NCBI RefSeq assembly: GCF_036365525.1 | Contig: NC_090404.1 | Coordinates: 34,648,236-34,712,235, forward strand | Direction of reading: 5' to 3' | From: Heterodontus francisci | Lineage: Eukaryota | Length of the DNA: 64,000 bases | Shown here: one piece after another, positions 20,583 through 33,740 of the stretch | Numbering within the stretch: position 1 is the stretch's first letter | Layout: the number at the start of each line of letters is the position of its first letter | Notes under the pieces: model-generated | Database searches by the model: none | What the model was told of the DNA's origin: nothing | Seen by the model: the letters and a program-made list of their open reading frames with translations, nothing else | Position numbers and translations under genes: made by a program

Positions 20583-22964
20583 TGCTCTGGCGGTTTACCT
20601 GAAACAAAATAATTGAGAGATCTTCTGCTGATCCTCCTGTTGGCAGAAAAAGAATGTCAGTCATGTAGTTTGACTTGAGCCCCTGGGAGTGGTGTCATCC
20701 TGTGCGGCATTCCTGGAAAATAAAATATCAATCCCATCACTTTAAGAATTTTCTGTTCAGGATATACCTGTACCAAACCTCTGAGCTGACACACAGTGAT
20801 GTTGTTTTCATATGTCGTCCAAGCAGAAACCACCAAGACAGTGTGTGTGGTTTTATTGTTTTCCTAGAATCTCTTTAAATTTCAGGTTAGAATGCCAACT
20901 CAAATTAATTTAATTTAATTCATCATCTTCAATTCATTGTAGATATCTGATCAAATTCCTGAAGCTGTCAGCAATGCTGTTGCAATAGATTTTGAAAGTT
21001 GTATGGTCAGCTTAAACTGCTGGTGGAAAGGGTTAACTTTCTGCTGGTCTGAAAGTGGGTGGGGCGAATGTTCTGGGATGGACCAGTGATGATGTCACCA
21101 GCCCTTCACCTACGAAGACAGAACAAACCATGAGCTATGGAATAGTCTAAGCTCATACTTTTCAGACAAATAAGACATTTCCCAATTACCAGTATCCGAC
21201 ATTAAACATTACCCTGTTCTCACATGCGTGAATTTATATCTGAATTAAAATTCCCACATTTATCAAAATACAGTCGGGATATGATTCTTGGCCAGAAATC
21301 TCAAATCGAATCTTGTAACTTAAACATTTAGTTTGTTGACACCTTCCTTTTATCCAACTCATATTCCTCATTGTGACATCCTTCTTTTAAAAAAATGTGC
21401 TGACACCCCTTTTGCACAAGCACCCTTTCGGGAAGAAAGCATATTAAGACTTCCACACATACATTATCCACACAATTTGTGTAATACTCATACATCTTAA
21501 CTTAAGATGTAAGAAATAAAAGAAAGGAAATAAATTGCATCAGTCGTCTTGGTCCTTCATTTAAATCTGCTAAACTTCAAACAGCGGCCTCTCACAGGCA
21601 TGGGGGAAGGAAAGGGTGGTCGAGTTTTCAACCACAGGCAAAATCGAATTGACAGTTCCGAGTATCATTACCTATCGTGAACCCCGCACCCCCCCCCCCC
21701 CCACCCCCCACCTTAATGTAAACCTTGTCTCGCTCCCCTTCCCAAAACAAAGTGTGTACTTTAACAGCTTCTCATCAACTTATGGAGATATCAAAACTTT
21801 AGAACATCATGTAGACCAGGCCACTGAGGGTTAATAAACCATTAGTTTGATGACACAGGCAAAGCTAACACAGGCCGACAAGGAAATCACAGTACACTAA
21901 TATAATGCACGAACAGAAACTTATGCACACACAAGTTTCCTTCCTTTTCATCTGTTCTGACAGCATTTTAATTTACTATGGTGCTTCCAATTTATCTTCT
22001 CCTAACCCTTCTCTGACTCCTGTCTATGTCTGCTCAAGACAGTTCTCTAAAATGATAAAACAACCCCAAATTATTTACTGCCCACCTTCTTAGATCATTT
22101 ATCTTTCCTCATGACTGCTATGCAACATGCACCCACTCTCTTGGCCTTATGTGCTCATGACAAAGTGCACAGTTGCCTTTTCCTTTGTGTCCTTCGTCTA
22201 TTTGTTTGTTCTTTATCTTAGATGACATTTTAGATTCTTAAAAGTAACTTTCTAAATGACACTAACATTTTGCATCTCAGAGTTATTCCAAAGTCAAATA
22301 ACAGTGTTGCTTGGGTGACAAGTTTTTCTTCATTCCATTGATTTCTTACCTAAAATATTTCTCTCTATTCAGAGAAACTGACTAGAATGGTTTTTTATGT
22401 TGTTTTTTTGTTTAGTTTGTCTACATTTGATTTTCCCATTAAACTTCAAAACATCTCTATCAGGGAAGACAGTGTTTTAGATTAAACTCCAATTGTTTCC
22501 CAACTTTTAACATTTTGTAAGAGGCTCCTACCTCATGGAATTTTTAATGCAACAAAGATGATTCCAAATTCCAATTCACAGCACTAAACAATTTAAAGTC
22601 AAAACTGCCAATGTTATTTATGAGCGAGCTTTATCTCTGGAAGGTCATTAATGAAATTCCAGTCTTCCCAACATAACAGGTCCATTAACCTTCATAATTA
22701 CAATTTAATTCAAACCAATGCTCATTAACTACACATAAAATACGTGCTCTTTTAAAATTTCACATTCTTAAAACAAAAGATTTAACACCAGCTACCTAAA
22801 CAAACTTTAAACAGACAGAATCTTTCCCATATCTCCTTTGTTTATCCTTCTCTCCCTTAAACCAATATCCAGTTCCTGACATTTGTTACTTAAAAACAGT
22901 CACTAAGGCATGCCTTCAATTTAAATTGCAAAATAAAACAAGAACCTATTTTAAACTTTCGTCC

Positions 22965-24350
22965 ATAGAGTCATACACTCATAGAGTTATACAGCACAGA
23001 ATCAGGCTCTTCGGCCCATCGTGTCCGTGCTGGCCTTCAAGCGCTAAACTATTCTAATCCCATTTTCCAGCACTTGGCCCGTATCCTCGCATGCTATAGC
23101 GTTTCAAGTGCTCATCTAAATACCTCTTAAAGGTTGTGAGGATTCCTGCCTCTACCACCTCTTCAGGCAGTGCTTTCGAGATTCCAACCACCCTCTGGGT
23201 GAAAATTGTTTTCCTCAAATCCCCTCTAAACCTCCTGCCCCTTACTTTAAATCTATGCCCCCTGGTTATTGGCCCATCCACTAAGGGAAGAAGTTCCTTC
23301 CTATCTAACATATCAATGCCCCTCATAATTTTGTATCCCTCAATCCTGTCCCCCCTCAACCTTCTCTGCTCTCAGGAAAACAACCCTCACCTTTTCAGTC
23401 TCTCTTCATAGCTGAAATGCTCCAGCCCAGGCAACATCCTGGTGAACCTCCTCTGCACCCTCTCCAGTGCAATCACATCCTTTCTACAGTGTGGTGCCCA
23501 GAACTATACACAATACTCCAGCTGTGGCCTAAATAGTGTTTTATACAGCTCCATCATAACCTCCCTGCTTTTATATTTTATGCCTCGGCTGATAAAGGCA
23601 AGTATCCCATATGCCTTCCTAACCATCTTATCTACCTGTGCTGCTGCCTTCAGTGATCTTTGGACAATTACGCCAAGTTCCCTCTGATCTTCTGTACTTC
23701 CGAGGGTCTTACCATCCATTGTATATTCCCTTGCCTTGTTAGTCCTCCCAAAATGCATCAGCTCACATTTCTCAGGGTTAAATTTCATTTGCCACTGCTC
23801 CACCCATCTTAGCAGCCCATCTATATCGTCCTGTAATCTAAGGCTTTCCTTCTCACTATTTACGACACCACCAATTTTCGTGTCATATGTGAACTTACTT
23901 ATCATGCCTCCTGTATTCACGTCTAAATCATTAATGTACACTGCAAACAGTAAGGGTCACAGCAGTGGTCCCTGTGGTACACCACTAGTCACAGGCTTCC
24001 ACTCGCAAAAACACCCTTCGACCATTACCCTCTGCCTCCTGCCACTCAGTTAATTTTTGATCCACTTTGCGAAATTGCCCTGGATCCCATGGGTTGTTAC
24101 ATTCTTAACCAATCTCCCATGCGGACCTCATCAAAAGCCTTACTGAAGTCCATGTAGACTACATCAACTGCTTTACTCTCATCTACACATCTCGCCACCA
24201 CCTCAAAAAAATCAATCAAGTTAGTTGGACACGATCTCCCCCTGACAAAGTCATACTGTCTAACCCTGATTAATCTCTACCTCTCCAAGTGGAGATTAAT
24301 CCTGTCCCTCAGATTTTTGTTCCAATATTTTCTCAATCACTGATGTTAGA
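22965..24350 (-). mobile_element. younger CR1 LINE nested in the ERV
   Basis: ORFs 23504-23941 (YINDLD...KFTYDTKIGG...WQMKFNPEKC) and 23054-23359 are CR1 RT/C-terminus; catagagt tail at the left end. Confidence 0.92.
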
Positions 24351-25654
24351 TCCAATTAAAATAGTGTTTTAAACTTCAAATTGGATATCTGCCAGACATC
24401 TTCAGACATTCAAAACTGAAGCTTATCTCTTAGAAAATTGTTCATTGCCTTTTCACAGTTGCAAAACCAACTTTTAATATAAAAATAAAAACTTTAATTT
24501 AAAATATAATTAAATTTTTATATCCCATTTCCGGGTGCACAGTCTTAACTTGAAACCAAACACACTCAACAATCACCTTCACACTATTCAATTCCAAAGA
24601 ACTTAGAAAAATTGATTCCTGTAATGGGTTATGAATTCAAAGTACCAAAAATCTTCATTAAATTCCCAGTTCCCAGCCGATGGAACACACACATCAACTA
24701 GTTCACACCTAAAACATGACTCAAGGTTCCCACAAAATTATACATCTGCAATAATAAAACAAGAGAACAAGTAACAGACTTATACTTTCAACATTTAAGC
24801 TAGACAACAAAGAGTTAACGACGTCAGCTCAACATCGCACAACTACACAGACATTGGAAGCTTCCAGCATTCATGCAGACTCGAACAAAGAAACAGTAAC
24901 TTCTTTTTACTCACTTTTAAATTTCACTAAAACATCCAGTTTAAATTGTCCCTCTTACCTCAGCCTGATACCGCTCACTTTTCCACCTCAGCTCTCACCT
25001 TCTAACACGTGTGACCTGTCTCTTTTCCTGAGTTATCCGAGCTAATTCAGACTTTCCAGACTGACACATGGTAAGATAGCACTTGCATAATATACTTATT
25101 CCCTTTTGTCTGTTCTTTCCACCATTCTTTCCACTTATCAGGGTCCTCGAGGGATCCCAACCTTCCTGCTCATTTTTATCTGAAGTTCTCCTTGTTTTTG
25201 GCTGCCAGAAATTCGGTGAGTGACCCTTCAGGTTCCCACTCTGGATCCTTATTTGCCATGGCTGATGTTTTATAGTCTGACTATTGTTACTATTTGTGTG
25301 GGTATGGACCTCTCGCTCCCGTACGATCGTTCCGACGCGGGAAACAGACCTCTCATTTCCTCTCTGAAGGTTTTTACTTACTATTTTGTGTGGGTGCGGA
25401 CACCTCACTACCCTTCACTTGGTTAACCCCGAGAACGCTATTCCTCCTCGTTTACCCAAGGTACCACGATCCTGGCGCTGCGCTGCCTTAGGTTACTCCA
25501 CCCGTGGGCCTATCCTTTGGTTCGGATCCTCAAATTGGCCCGCTTGCCTCCTATCCCTAACGCCGACCTCCCTATCTAATGGGTGGTAAAGGAAATGTAC
25601 TCACCCACTCTCTGAGGCCAACATTCGACCGGGCACCATGACTGAGCCTTGGGG

Positions 25655-25672
25655 ATCCTGCCGACTGCGCCA
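25655..25672 (-). other. primer binding site complementary to the tRNA-Ser 3' end
   Basis: + strand ATCCTGCCGACTGCGCCA versus vertebrate tRNA-Ser 3' end ATCCTGCCGACTACGCCA (17/18); lies 3 nt from the LTR end. Confidence 0.85.
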
Positions 25673-25675
25673 AAT

Positions 25676-26110
25676 TGTTGTGGAGAAAATAACATGTCTC
25701 AAGTCCACAGGATTAAAATAAATAAAGGTTTATTCAAACACTGGAGTAAGGGAGAAGTGTCAGGTGAAACATCCAGAGGCTTCTCAATGAAACAGAGTCT
25801 GTAGTACAAATTTACAGAGTACAATAACCATTACTCATTTGTCCACATACCGCCCCCACCCCCTGGCCCCAACACATTCCAAAGCTGCAGCTTGATCAAT
25901 AAACTAAAGTATATTTTCTTACTAATCATCCCCCGTTGCCTCCTCCCCATTCTTGAGGCTTGGTATTTCATTGTCTATAATATCCTGTGTCTCCTGCTTT
26001 GTATCAAGGACACTATCTTTACACAGATGTAAAGGCAATTAGACTTCTAAGTTGTGCAGCTTTCCATGAACATTGCCACATATCCCATCATGCCCTGGTT
26101 CCCCACAACA
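25676..26110 (-). mobile_element. 435-bp LTR
   Basis: Terminal inverted repeat TGTTGTGG...CCACAACA, minus-strand AATAAA near 25730, abuts the PBS. Confidence 0.8.
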
Positions 26111-26554
26111 ACGGTGCTTCCATCTTCCTTCTAAGACTGTTAACGTATCATAATGCTAAATAATCTACTAATATTTTCCTACTGGTCCCACTTGGAGACC
26201 ATTGTCTCCAATACCCCAGGTCTGACATAGTTTAGCCATTACACAATGAGTAGTAATATGTGGATATGTATTTTAAACGCTTACTATAGCTATTCTCCCC
26301 GGTGCACCAATACTTCCAGCAAGGGTCTGTAAAACTAAGGAATAATGTCTTCTCCCCACCCCTTTATATTCCAGCCCTGTTGAGAAATGGCCAACATTCT
26401 ATTAACTAGTTTAAGTGTTTTCTCCACCTGTCTAATAACTTTTGTTTTAATTCTATGCTTGACTCCCAAATCTCTACAGTTCCTAATTTTCCATGCTTTC
26501 CAACATTCAGAGCAAATTTTCAGGCAATTACAAAACCATGCAAGAACTACTGAA

Positions 26555-28660
26555 TGGCGAGCAAGAGGTCTTTAAATCGCCTAATATAGACTGGGATAGT
26601 AACAATATAACGGATGCAGAGGGCGAGGAATTTATGAAATGTGTGCAAGAGAACTTTCTTGATTACTGTATTTTCAACTCAACAAGGAAGAAGCAGCGTT
26701 GCAACTGATTCTTTGACAAGAAATGGGGCAAGTGGAGCATGCTTCAGTGGGAGAGCAGTAGTGGATCAGTGGTCACAATATCATAAGGCTTAGAATATTT
26801 ATGGAAAAGGACAATGAATAATAAAGTATAAAATACTTAACTGGAGGTGGGCTAATTTCAATGAATTGAAAAGCGGCCCTTTGTTGATCTGAATTAAAAG
26901 CGAGCAGGCAAAACAACAATTGAACAATGAGAGGCCTTCAAAGAGGAGATATATTCCATTTGGGAGAAAGGAAGTGGAAAAAAATTGGAGTCCTCTGGAT
27001 GAACAAAGATATAGAGGTTAAAATGAGACAGAAAACGAGCACTTGTGTCAAATGTAATGTTCAAAGTAAGTGGAGAATGAAGCTGAATATAGAAATTACA
27101 GGGGAATCTAAAAAGGGGAGAAAGGCAGGCCACTATCATTAGCGATTAACATAAATGGGGACCCAAATGTCTTTTATAAACCCATACAGTCAAATGATAG
27201 TCAAAGGAATGGTGAGGCTGGTTAGAGAGGCAGAGGGCATGGTTAAGGTAATTAACGAATACTTTGCAATTGTCTTCAATAGAGAAGAAGCTGTCAATAT
27301 ATAAGGGAGGAGGCAGTAGTGATGTTGGATAGGAAATAATAGATAAGGGGGATGTACTTAACATGATGACAATCCTCGAAGTATAAAAGTCACTCTATCC
27401 GGATGAGAATGCATCCTGGGATGGAAATTGTGGAAGCTCTGGCCACAATCTTCCTACACGTTTGGATATTGCGGTAGTGCCAGAGGATTGGAGTGTTGCA
27501 AATGTTATACTCCTGTTTAAAGAAAGGGGAGAGGGATAAACTCAGCAACAACAGGCCCTTCAATGTAACATCGGTAGTGGAAAAACCTTTACAGACAATT
27601 ATCCAGGACAAACCTAATTCATATTTGAAAGTTATAGTCTAGTAAATTAAAGGCAGCAACGATCTGTTAAAGACAAATCGTGTTTCATTGACAGAATTGA
27701 GTTATTTGATGAAGTAACAGAGAGGTTGATGAGGGTACTGTGGTTCATTTTGTGTATATTTGCTTTCAAAAGATGTTTGACAAATTACCACATAAGAGAT
27801 TTGTTAGCAAAATTGAAACTCCTGGATTAAAGAGATAGTGGCAGCATGGGTACAGATTTCGCTAAGTGGCAGAAAGCAGAGGGTATCGGTGAATGGCTGT
27901 TTTTTTATATATATACTGGAAGAAGGAATCGATATTAGGAACTATATATAGATATATATATATCACACACACATAATATAATATTTTGGGATTTCCAGGG
28001 TGTAATTTTGAAGATGAAATGAAACTTGGAATGCAGCAAACAATGAGTAGGATAATAGTGGAAATCAAAAGAACATAAACAGACTGGTGAAATTGGCAGA
28101 GACATGACAGATGAAATTTAATGCAGAAGAGTATAAAGTGACACAAAGTGATAGAAAGAATGAGAGGTCATATGCAATTAATGGTACAATATTAAAAGGG
28201 AGAAGGTACAAAGAGACCTGGGGTTGTATTTACACAAATCTTTGAAGGTAGGCAGGACATGTTAAAAATGTTAAAATGTATATGTGGTCTTGGCTTTATT
28301 AATGGAAGAATAGAATAGAAGTCAAGGAAGTTGTGCAAATCATTTATAAATTACTGGTTAGGCCTCAGCTGGACTATTCTGTTCAATTGTGGTCACCACA
28401 TTTTAGGAAGGATGTCAACGCCTTGTAGACAGTACAATACCATGCATGAGAGATTGCAGTAATGTTGAGGCATTGGAAACGTCGAATTGTTCTGTCTGCA
28501 GCAGAGAAGGTGAAGAGGCGATTTGTTAGAGTGTTCAAAATCATGAAAGGTTTTGGTAGAGTAAATAAGAAGAAAGTGTTTCCAGTGGTAAAACAATCAG
28601 TAACCATGGGAAATATATCAGGTGATTGACAAAAGAACGAGAGGCAAAATGAGGAAACTA
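26555..28660 (+). mobile_element. old CR1 ORF2 (EN-RT) relic
   Basis: FKSPNIDW...EEFMKCVQENFL, followed by decayed RT motifs to the 3' region. Confidence 0.8.
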
Positions 28661-28803
28661 ATTTTCAATCTATGTCAAAAGGCTACTCCAATTCCATCTG
28701 CAGAACCTTCTCGAATGCTTACGGGAAATCCATTCCGGTAATATCCATAGACATTTCCCTTATCAGCCTTATCAAAAAATATCAACTAGACTGGACATCA
28801 GCT

Positions 28804-29140
28804 GGGTGGCACAGTGGCGCAGTGGTTAGCACTGCAGCCTCACAGCTCCAGCGACCTGGGTTCTGATCTGGGTACTGCCTATGCGGAGTTTGCAAGTCCT
28901 CCCTGTAACCGCGTGGGACTTTTGCCAGGTGCTCCGGTTTCCTCCCACTTGCAGGTTGATAAGTAAATTGGCCATTGTAAATTGCTCCTAGTGCTGGTAA
29001 GTGGTAGGAGAATACTGGAGGTGGGATTGGGGATATGTGATTAATGTAGGATTAGTATAAATGGGTGGATGTTGGTAGGCACAGACTCGTGGGCTGAAGG
29101 ACCTTTTTCAGTGCTGTATCTCTAAATAAAATAAAATAAA
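28804..29140 (+). mobile_element. full-length HE1-type V-SINE
   Basis: tRNA-like head tggcgcagtggttagc, V-domain-like core, CR1-like tail cagtgctgtatctc(taaaa)n. Confidence 0.9.
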
Positions 29141-29454
29141 TTATTCAGACAAGACTTAACCTTGATAAAGCCAAGTTGGTTCCCTCTCTGATCAGCTGCT
29201 ATTTGTTCAGGTATTCAGTCATTCTGGCCCTGATAATAAATTGTTGCAGCTTCCACAAAAGTAACGGATATCTGACAGGCCTGTAGATTCTTAGTGGTAG
29301 AATTTTATAGCGGGTTGCAGCGCAATACGGGAGCTATCCCAGCCAGTCAATGGAACTGAATTTTAGGTGTTGCATGCAAGGAACAGCCATTCAAATCGCC
29401 CGTTTTGCACCACGGCTCGAGATGAGTGAGTGAGTGAGTGAAAGACAGACGGAC

Positions 29455-29855
29455 AGACTTGAATTTATAGAGAACCTTTCACCAACTCAGGACGCCTCAA
29501 CAGCCAATGGAGAACTGTTGCAGTGTTGCAATGTTGGGAAAGTAGCAGACAGTTTGCATCCAGCGAGCTCCCACAGACAGCAATGCGATAATGACCAGGT
29601 TGTCTGCATTTTGTGATGAATGAAGGACAAATATTGGCCAGGACACAGGGGATAACTTCCCTGCTGTACTTCTTAGAAATCATGTCCTGGGATCTTTCAC
29701 ATCCACCTGAAAGGACAGACAGGGCCTTGGTTTAATATTTCATCCAAATAAAGCACCTCCAACAGTGCAGCACTCCCTCAGTACTGCACTGGCGTGTCAG
29801 CCTAGATTTCTATGTTCAACTCTGGGTGATGAGAGTGCTACCAACTGAGGCTGAC
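29455..29855 (-). mobile_element. Deu-domain (SacSINE1-like) SINE
   Basis: cagtgcagcactccctcagtactgcactgg, gggatctttcacatccacctga, gctcccacagacagcaatg; homologous to 41525-41915. Confidence 0.75.
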
Positions 29856-29859
29856 ACCT

Positions 29860-30780
29860 TAACACAGTGAAATTTGCAATTTTACTGTCCAACGGCGCAA
29901 TTCCCAGATGATGATAACTTTGAGAAGATGTATCTGACCCTCTGCAATGTTCTCAGCTACTTATTTTAATACACTGGGATGGAAAACTTCAGGTGTCGGA
30001 GATGTATTTATCTTAAGTTCCATTATTTTCACAATTACCATCATTTGACCATTACTGAATGTAGTAAAGTGCTCACTTGATTTATTTTCGTTCCCTTCTC
30101 TCGCTGGTATTTTACCCTCTTCCTCTACGATGAAAACTGTCACAATGTACTTGTTTAATAAATAGTTCCTTACCTTCTTGTCTATTACAGAATCACCTGT
30201 GTCTGTCTTTAATTAGTCCATATCTCACTCAGCCACTCCCTTACACTTAACATATTTATAAAGACAAGCATTTTTATTTGCCTGTATAAAATTTGCAAGT
30301 GTTTTCGTATTTCCAACTTGCAGCTTTTAATATTTTCTTTGTGTCCTTGTGTTGTTTTCTATATTCCATCCAATTCTCCTGATTGCCATTTCTCTTGACA
30401 TTTGTGTTCACAGCTTCCTTTACTTTTATACTGTGTCTTAACTCATATGTCGACCATGGTTATTAGACAATGCAAGTGGAAGGTTGCTAATTCGCGGTAT
30501 ATATTGGTCTTTTATTGTTCTAAATATTTGTCTGAATGCTTCCCATTTTTTCTGTAGGTTTGCCCATTAAGAGCTCAGCCCTCCACATTCCTCTGATTTC
30601 AGACTGACTTAACGTTAAAGCCTTGGTTTATGCCGCATCTTTCTCCTGAAACTTAATATCAAAAGCTATCATATTGTGGTCACTAAAGCCATTTATAAGA
30701 TTTCCAATGACCGTTTCTTAGTTAATTTTGGCTTGTTGTTCATCACTAAATCTAATATGGCTTGCGCCCTGTCCTCGACA
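29860..30780 (-). mobile_element. very old CR1-like ORF2 relic
   Basis: Minus-strand MELKINTSPTPEVFHPSVLK resembles CR1 LKxxKSPGPDGxHPRVLK. Confidence 0.55.
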
Positions 30781-31933
30781 TTTCAGAGAACTGTTCTGGT
30801 TGCACTCTGGGAGGCAGGAGTTCATGTCAGGATGTGGCACGAAACATGCACTATTGGACTGACCGCTCATTATACACAGCACCTAGTATTTACTGCAATG
30901 CAGTCAATGGAATTAAATCTGCTAAATATACGAATACTATACTATACTCGACTTCCGCAGAGATTTCCATGAAGTTCCACAGCAAAGGCTGTGGCACTGA
31001 ATTAAAACACCGAGGGAAGGGTTTTTTCCCCATTATTGTTGATTGAAGCTTGGGTAGTAACAATCCGGCAGCCTGTTTAACACCTGTCTCAGCTTTATTT
31101 TCCGTTGTTGTCATCGGTAAACCAGAAGATGAGGAAGCAATTTGTTGACAGAGGGTAAGTAGATGGTGCGAGTTTGTGTCTGATTTAGGGTCTAGAAGAT
31201 GAGTGGAGTTACATTTTACACATGGTCCCAATTCAGAAAATAATATAACTTCCAAATTGCAGATTAAAGGAACAATCTAAATGCACAACCCGTGGGTTAC
31301 ACGAATATTTTTAATAATATATTATCGTGGACAGGATTACAACATATGAAATGCAATACACATAATTGACACTGAAAGTAAACTGTAGTAGATACGGACT
31401 TGATAGACAGCAACTCGCTAACAGAAAAGAGGACCCACACTTGTAGTTGTACAAGTGAAAGATCAACTCGTTATTGAGACATCACACTTCACCATCCCAG
31501 TAGAATGGCCCCTGCAGTGATTTACTCACACTTCATTCAATTCCTTTCAACTATCCCATTATCATAGTTACATTGTCTTAATTAGCTCAGTGCTTTTTCT
31601 CATAGGCATCAGTGATCAGATAGCATGCTGCAGATGATTACATAAATTCTGAGTGCTTACTTTCAGACATTGCATTATACCCTTTATTTGTGGGAGATGT
31701 CCGTTCCCTGCGCCCCCTTACACAGTACAAGGCTTACAATCTCATATTCAGCCTTTCAGTGCCATGTTCAGCAGAACGTTGTTTAGCTCAATGTGCGATG
31801 GTTTTACTTAAATGTGTGATCGTCCTACACGCTGTACAGGACATTAAGCTATTCAAATAGTTTGGACTCTCGTTCTCATACTCTGCCAATTCTTTTCTGA
31901 CCTTTCCAGCAGCAATTATCTGGGTAACATTTA

Positions 31934-32270
31934 TACTGTCATTTTGGCCCGTTCAAAATGATTAGCCAGTTGTCATCCATGTTTTCGAACACGTCATTTG
32001 TAGTAAATTAAAATTACAAACATAATTGACTGAAACAGCACCCGTTGTGTTATTATGTTCATCACAGTTGTAGCTGTCGGTTTGCATCCGAACAAAGACT
32101 CTGACCAGCTGACATGTCCAATCTGATTTAAAGTTGTATGGACATCCTCATGTGTGATGTTAATAATTGCTTGATTCAAATACTCAACTGTTGAAACACT
32201 GTTCTCTACTTCCACATTCCTTTCTTCCAAATGGCACAATTAGGGTTGCTACATACTCGGGTTCCCCAGA
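31934..32270 (-). pseudogene. relic of an envelope-like membrane protein C-terminus
   Basis: ...HVSWSESLFGCKPTATTVMNIITQRVLFQSIMFVILIYYK*RVRK: aromatic membrane-proximal motif, hydrophobic TM-like stretch, basic tail. Confidence 0.35.
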
Positions 32271-32499
32271 TACCATTTTAAATTCTGTTGGTCTATGACC
32301 ACTTTGTACAGATATAATTGCAAATAACCACACCGCATAATTAGAAAGGATTTATTATAGCAATAATAGTCAACTTGCAGACGCATATACTTATTGTATC
32401 TGGTCATTAGTGCCACCAAAACCGTTACAAGTACTTAAACTATTGCAACTTTCACGACAATTGCAGCGATGAAAATACAGAATCAAATTGAAAAGTTAT

Positions 32500-33366
32500 A
32501 AAAAATGGCTTTTCTTTTAATAAGTGGACAATGCACTGCAAAATGGCCGCCGAAGGTCAGCTGACTTGGCCTGGTTATTCAAGCCCTCACTGTTTGTTAA
32601 GGACAAAAGAATACATTCCAGGCTAAGAGGTGTCAATTGCACCCATCCCAAAAACACCAAGTGACATTCTTGAATTGAATGGGTTCTTCTGAAACGAAAA
32701 AGGTATGAAGTCGCCACATACAGGCGCATTGTGTGGTCACAGCGGGGAGGGAGTCATGAGTCTTCGAACCGAGGTTAATGTGATAGATTCGTACCTTGGA
32801 AAGGTGGCTCTGTGGAGGGCGAAGGGTGAGAGATCATGAGAACATCACAGAAAAGCAGTTCAGCCAAGGGCTGTGAAAAGAAGACCAGCAAAAAACAAGG
32901 AAGGAGCCCTACTGCGAATTCTACTCTTCAACTGGTTGCAGCAGAGAACTGAAAGTGGCCACCACATCCAGTCTAAAGTCTAAACCACCAGAAAACTACA
33001 AACAACCAAGCCTGTAACTTTAAAGATACTTTCCTTCAAGAAGATTCAACAAGTGTATCATTAACCAGAACAACTATCTCACTTCAAACCCCTTACCATT
33101 TTCCTCTCTATATATCTATTCTTGTGTGTGTGCATGTGTGAGTGACTGCATGTGTGGGTGTGGTTGCGACCATTTCGGGAATGAATATTATTCAATAAAT
33201 AGTTTTTTTATGTGTGTTTGTTTCAAACCTACAAGAAAACATGTCACTCTCTATCTAACAAATAAAACACAAGGGGTTAAAACACTAGGTAATAAAAACA
33301 CTTGCGGTGGTCAGTTGGGAGGTGAACAGTGGGAACAAGCCACTCCATCGCCCACATAACCAGAAC
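32500..33366 (+). mobile_element. probable solo LTR
   Basis: Non-coding ~860 bp with a (TG)n tract, AATAAA at ~33194 and an ...aca end; left boundary uncertain and no TSD verified. Confidence 0.35.
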
Positions 33367-33539
33367 ACTATATATACACAACACCCAATCCCCATATAAA
33401 GTTACATTCAATTATGGTGAATTAAATGCAAATCAAGTAAAACTGGTAAGCAAAAGAAAAAAAATACACAAATGCTTGTGAAGTTAACTTCTTTGCATTT
33501 CAAAGAAAGACAAACTTAGACACCATCTATCAACAATAC

Positions 33540-33740
33540 AAACGCAAAATAGTGTGGGTGCTGGAAATCTTAAATAAAAACAAAAAATGCAGACAATACT
33601 CAGCATCCCTGACAGCGTCTGTGGGGAGAGGAACAGACCTGACATTTCAAGGTGCTGCCCTCTGTTTTCAAAACTCTGTTTCTCTCTCCACATATGCTGA
33701 ATCTGCTGAATAGTTCCAGCATTTTCTGTGTATATTTTGC
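33540..33740. mobile_element. inverted pair of decayed Penelope-type terminal repeats (foldback)
   Basis: Left half is the reverse complement of, and right half is homologous to, 4415-4515. Confidence 0.6.

Larger units (their letters stand above)
20200..26110 (-). mobile_element. endogenous retrovirus relic (5' LTR, tRNA-Ser PBS, splice donor, decayed internal region, env-like start; no 3' LTR seen)
   Basis: LTR 26110-25676; PBS 25672-25655; donor GG|GTGAGTA at 25604; acceptor ttttgtttcag| at 20599 just ahead of a signal-peptide-like ORF. Confidence 0.7.

Noticed and set aside
28804-28880. tRNA-like sequences (also 4226, 18478, 50650, 59260)
   Set aside because: These are SINE heads with A/B boxes continuing into SINE bodies; no complete cloverleaf.
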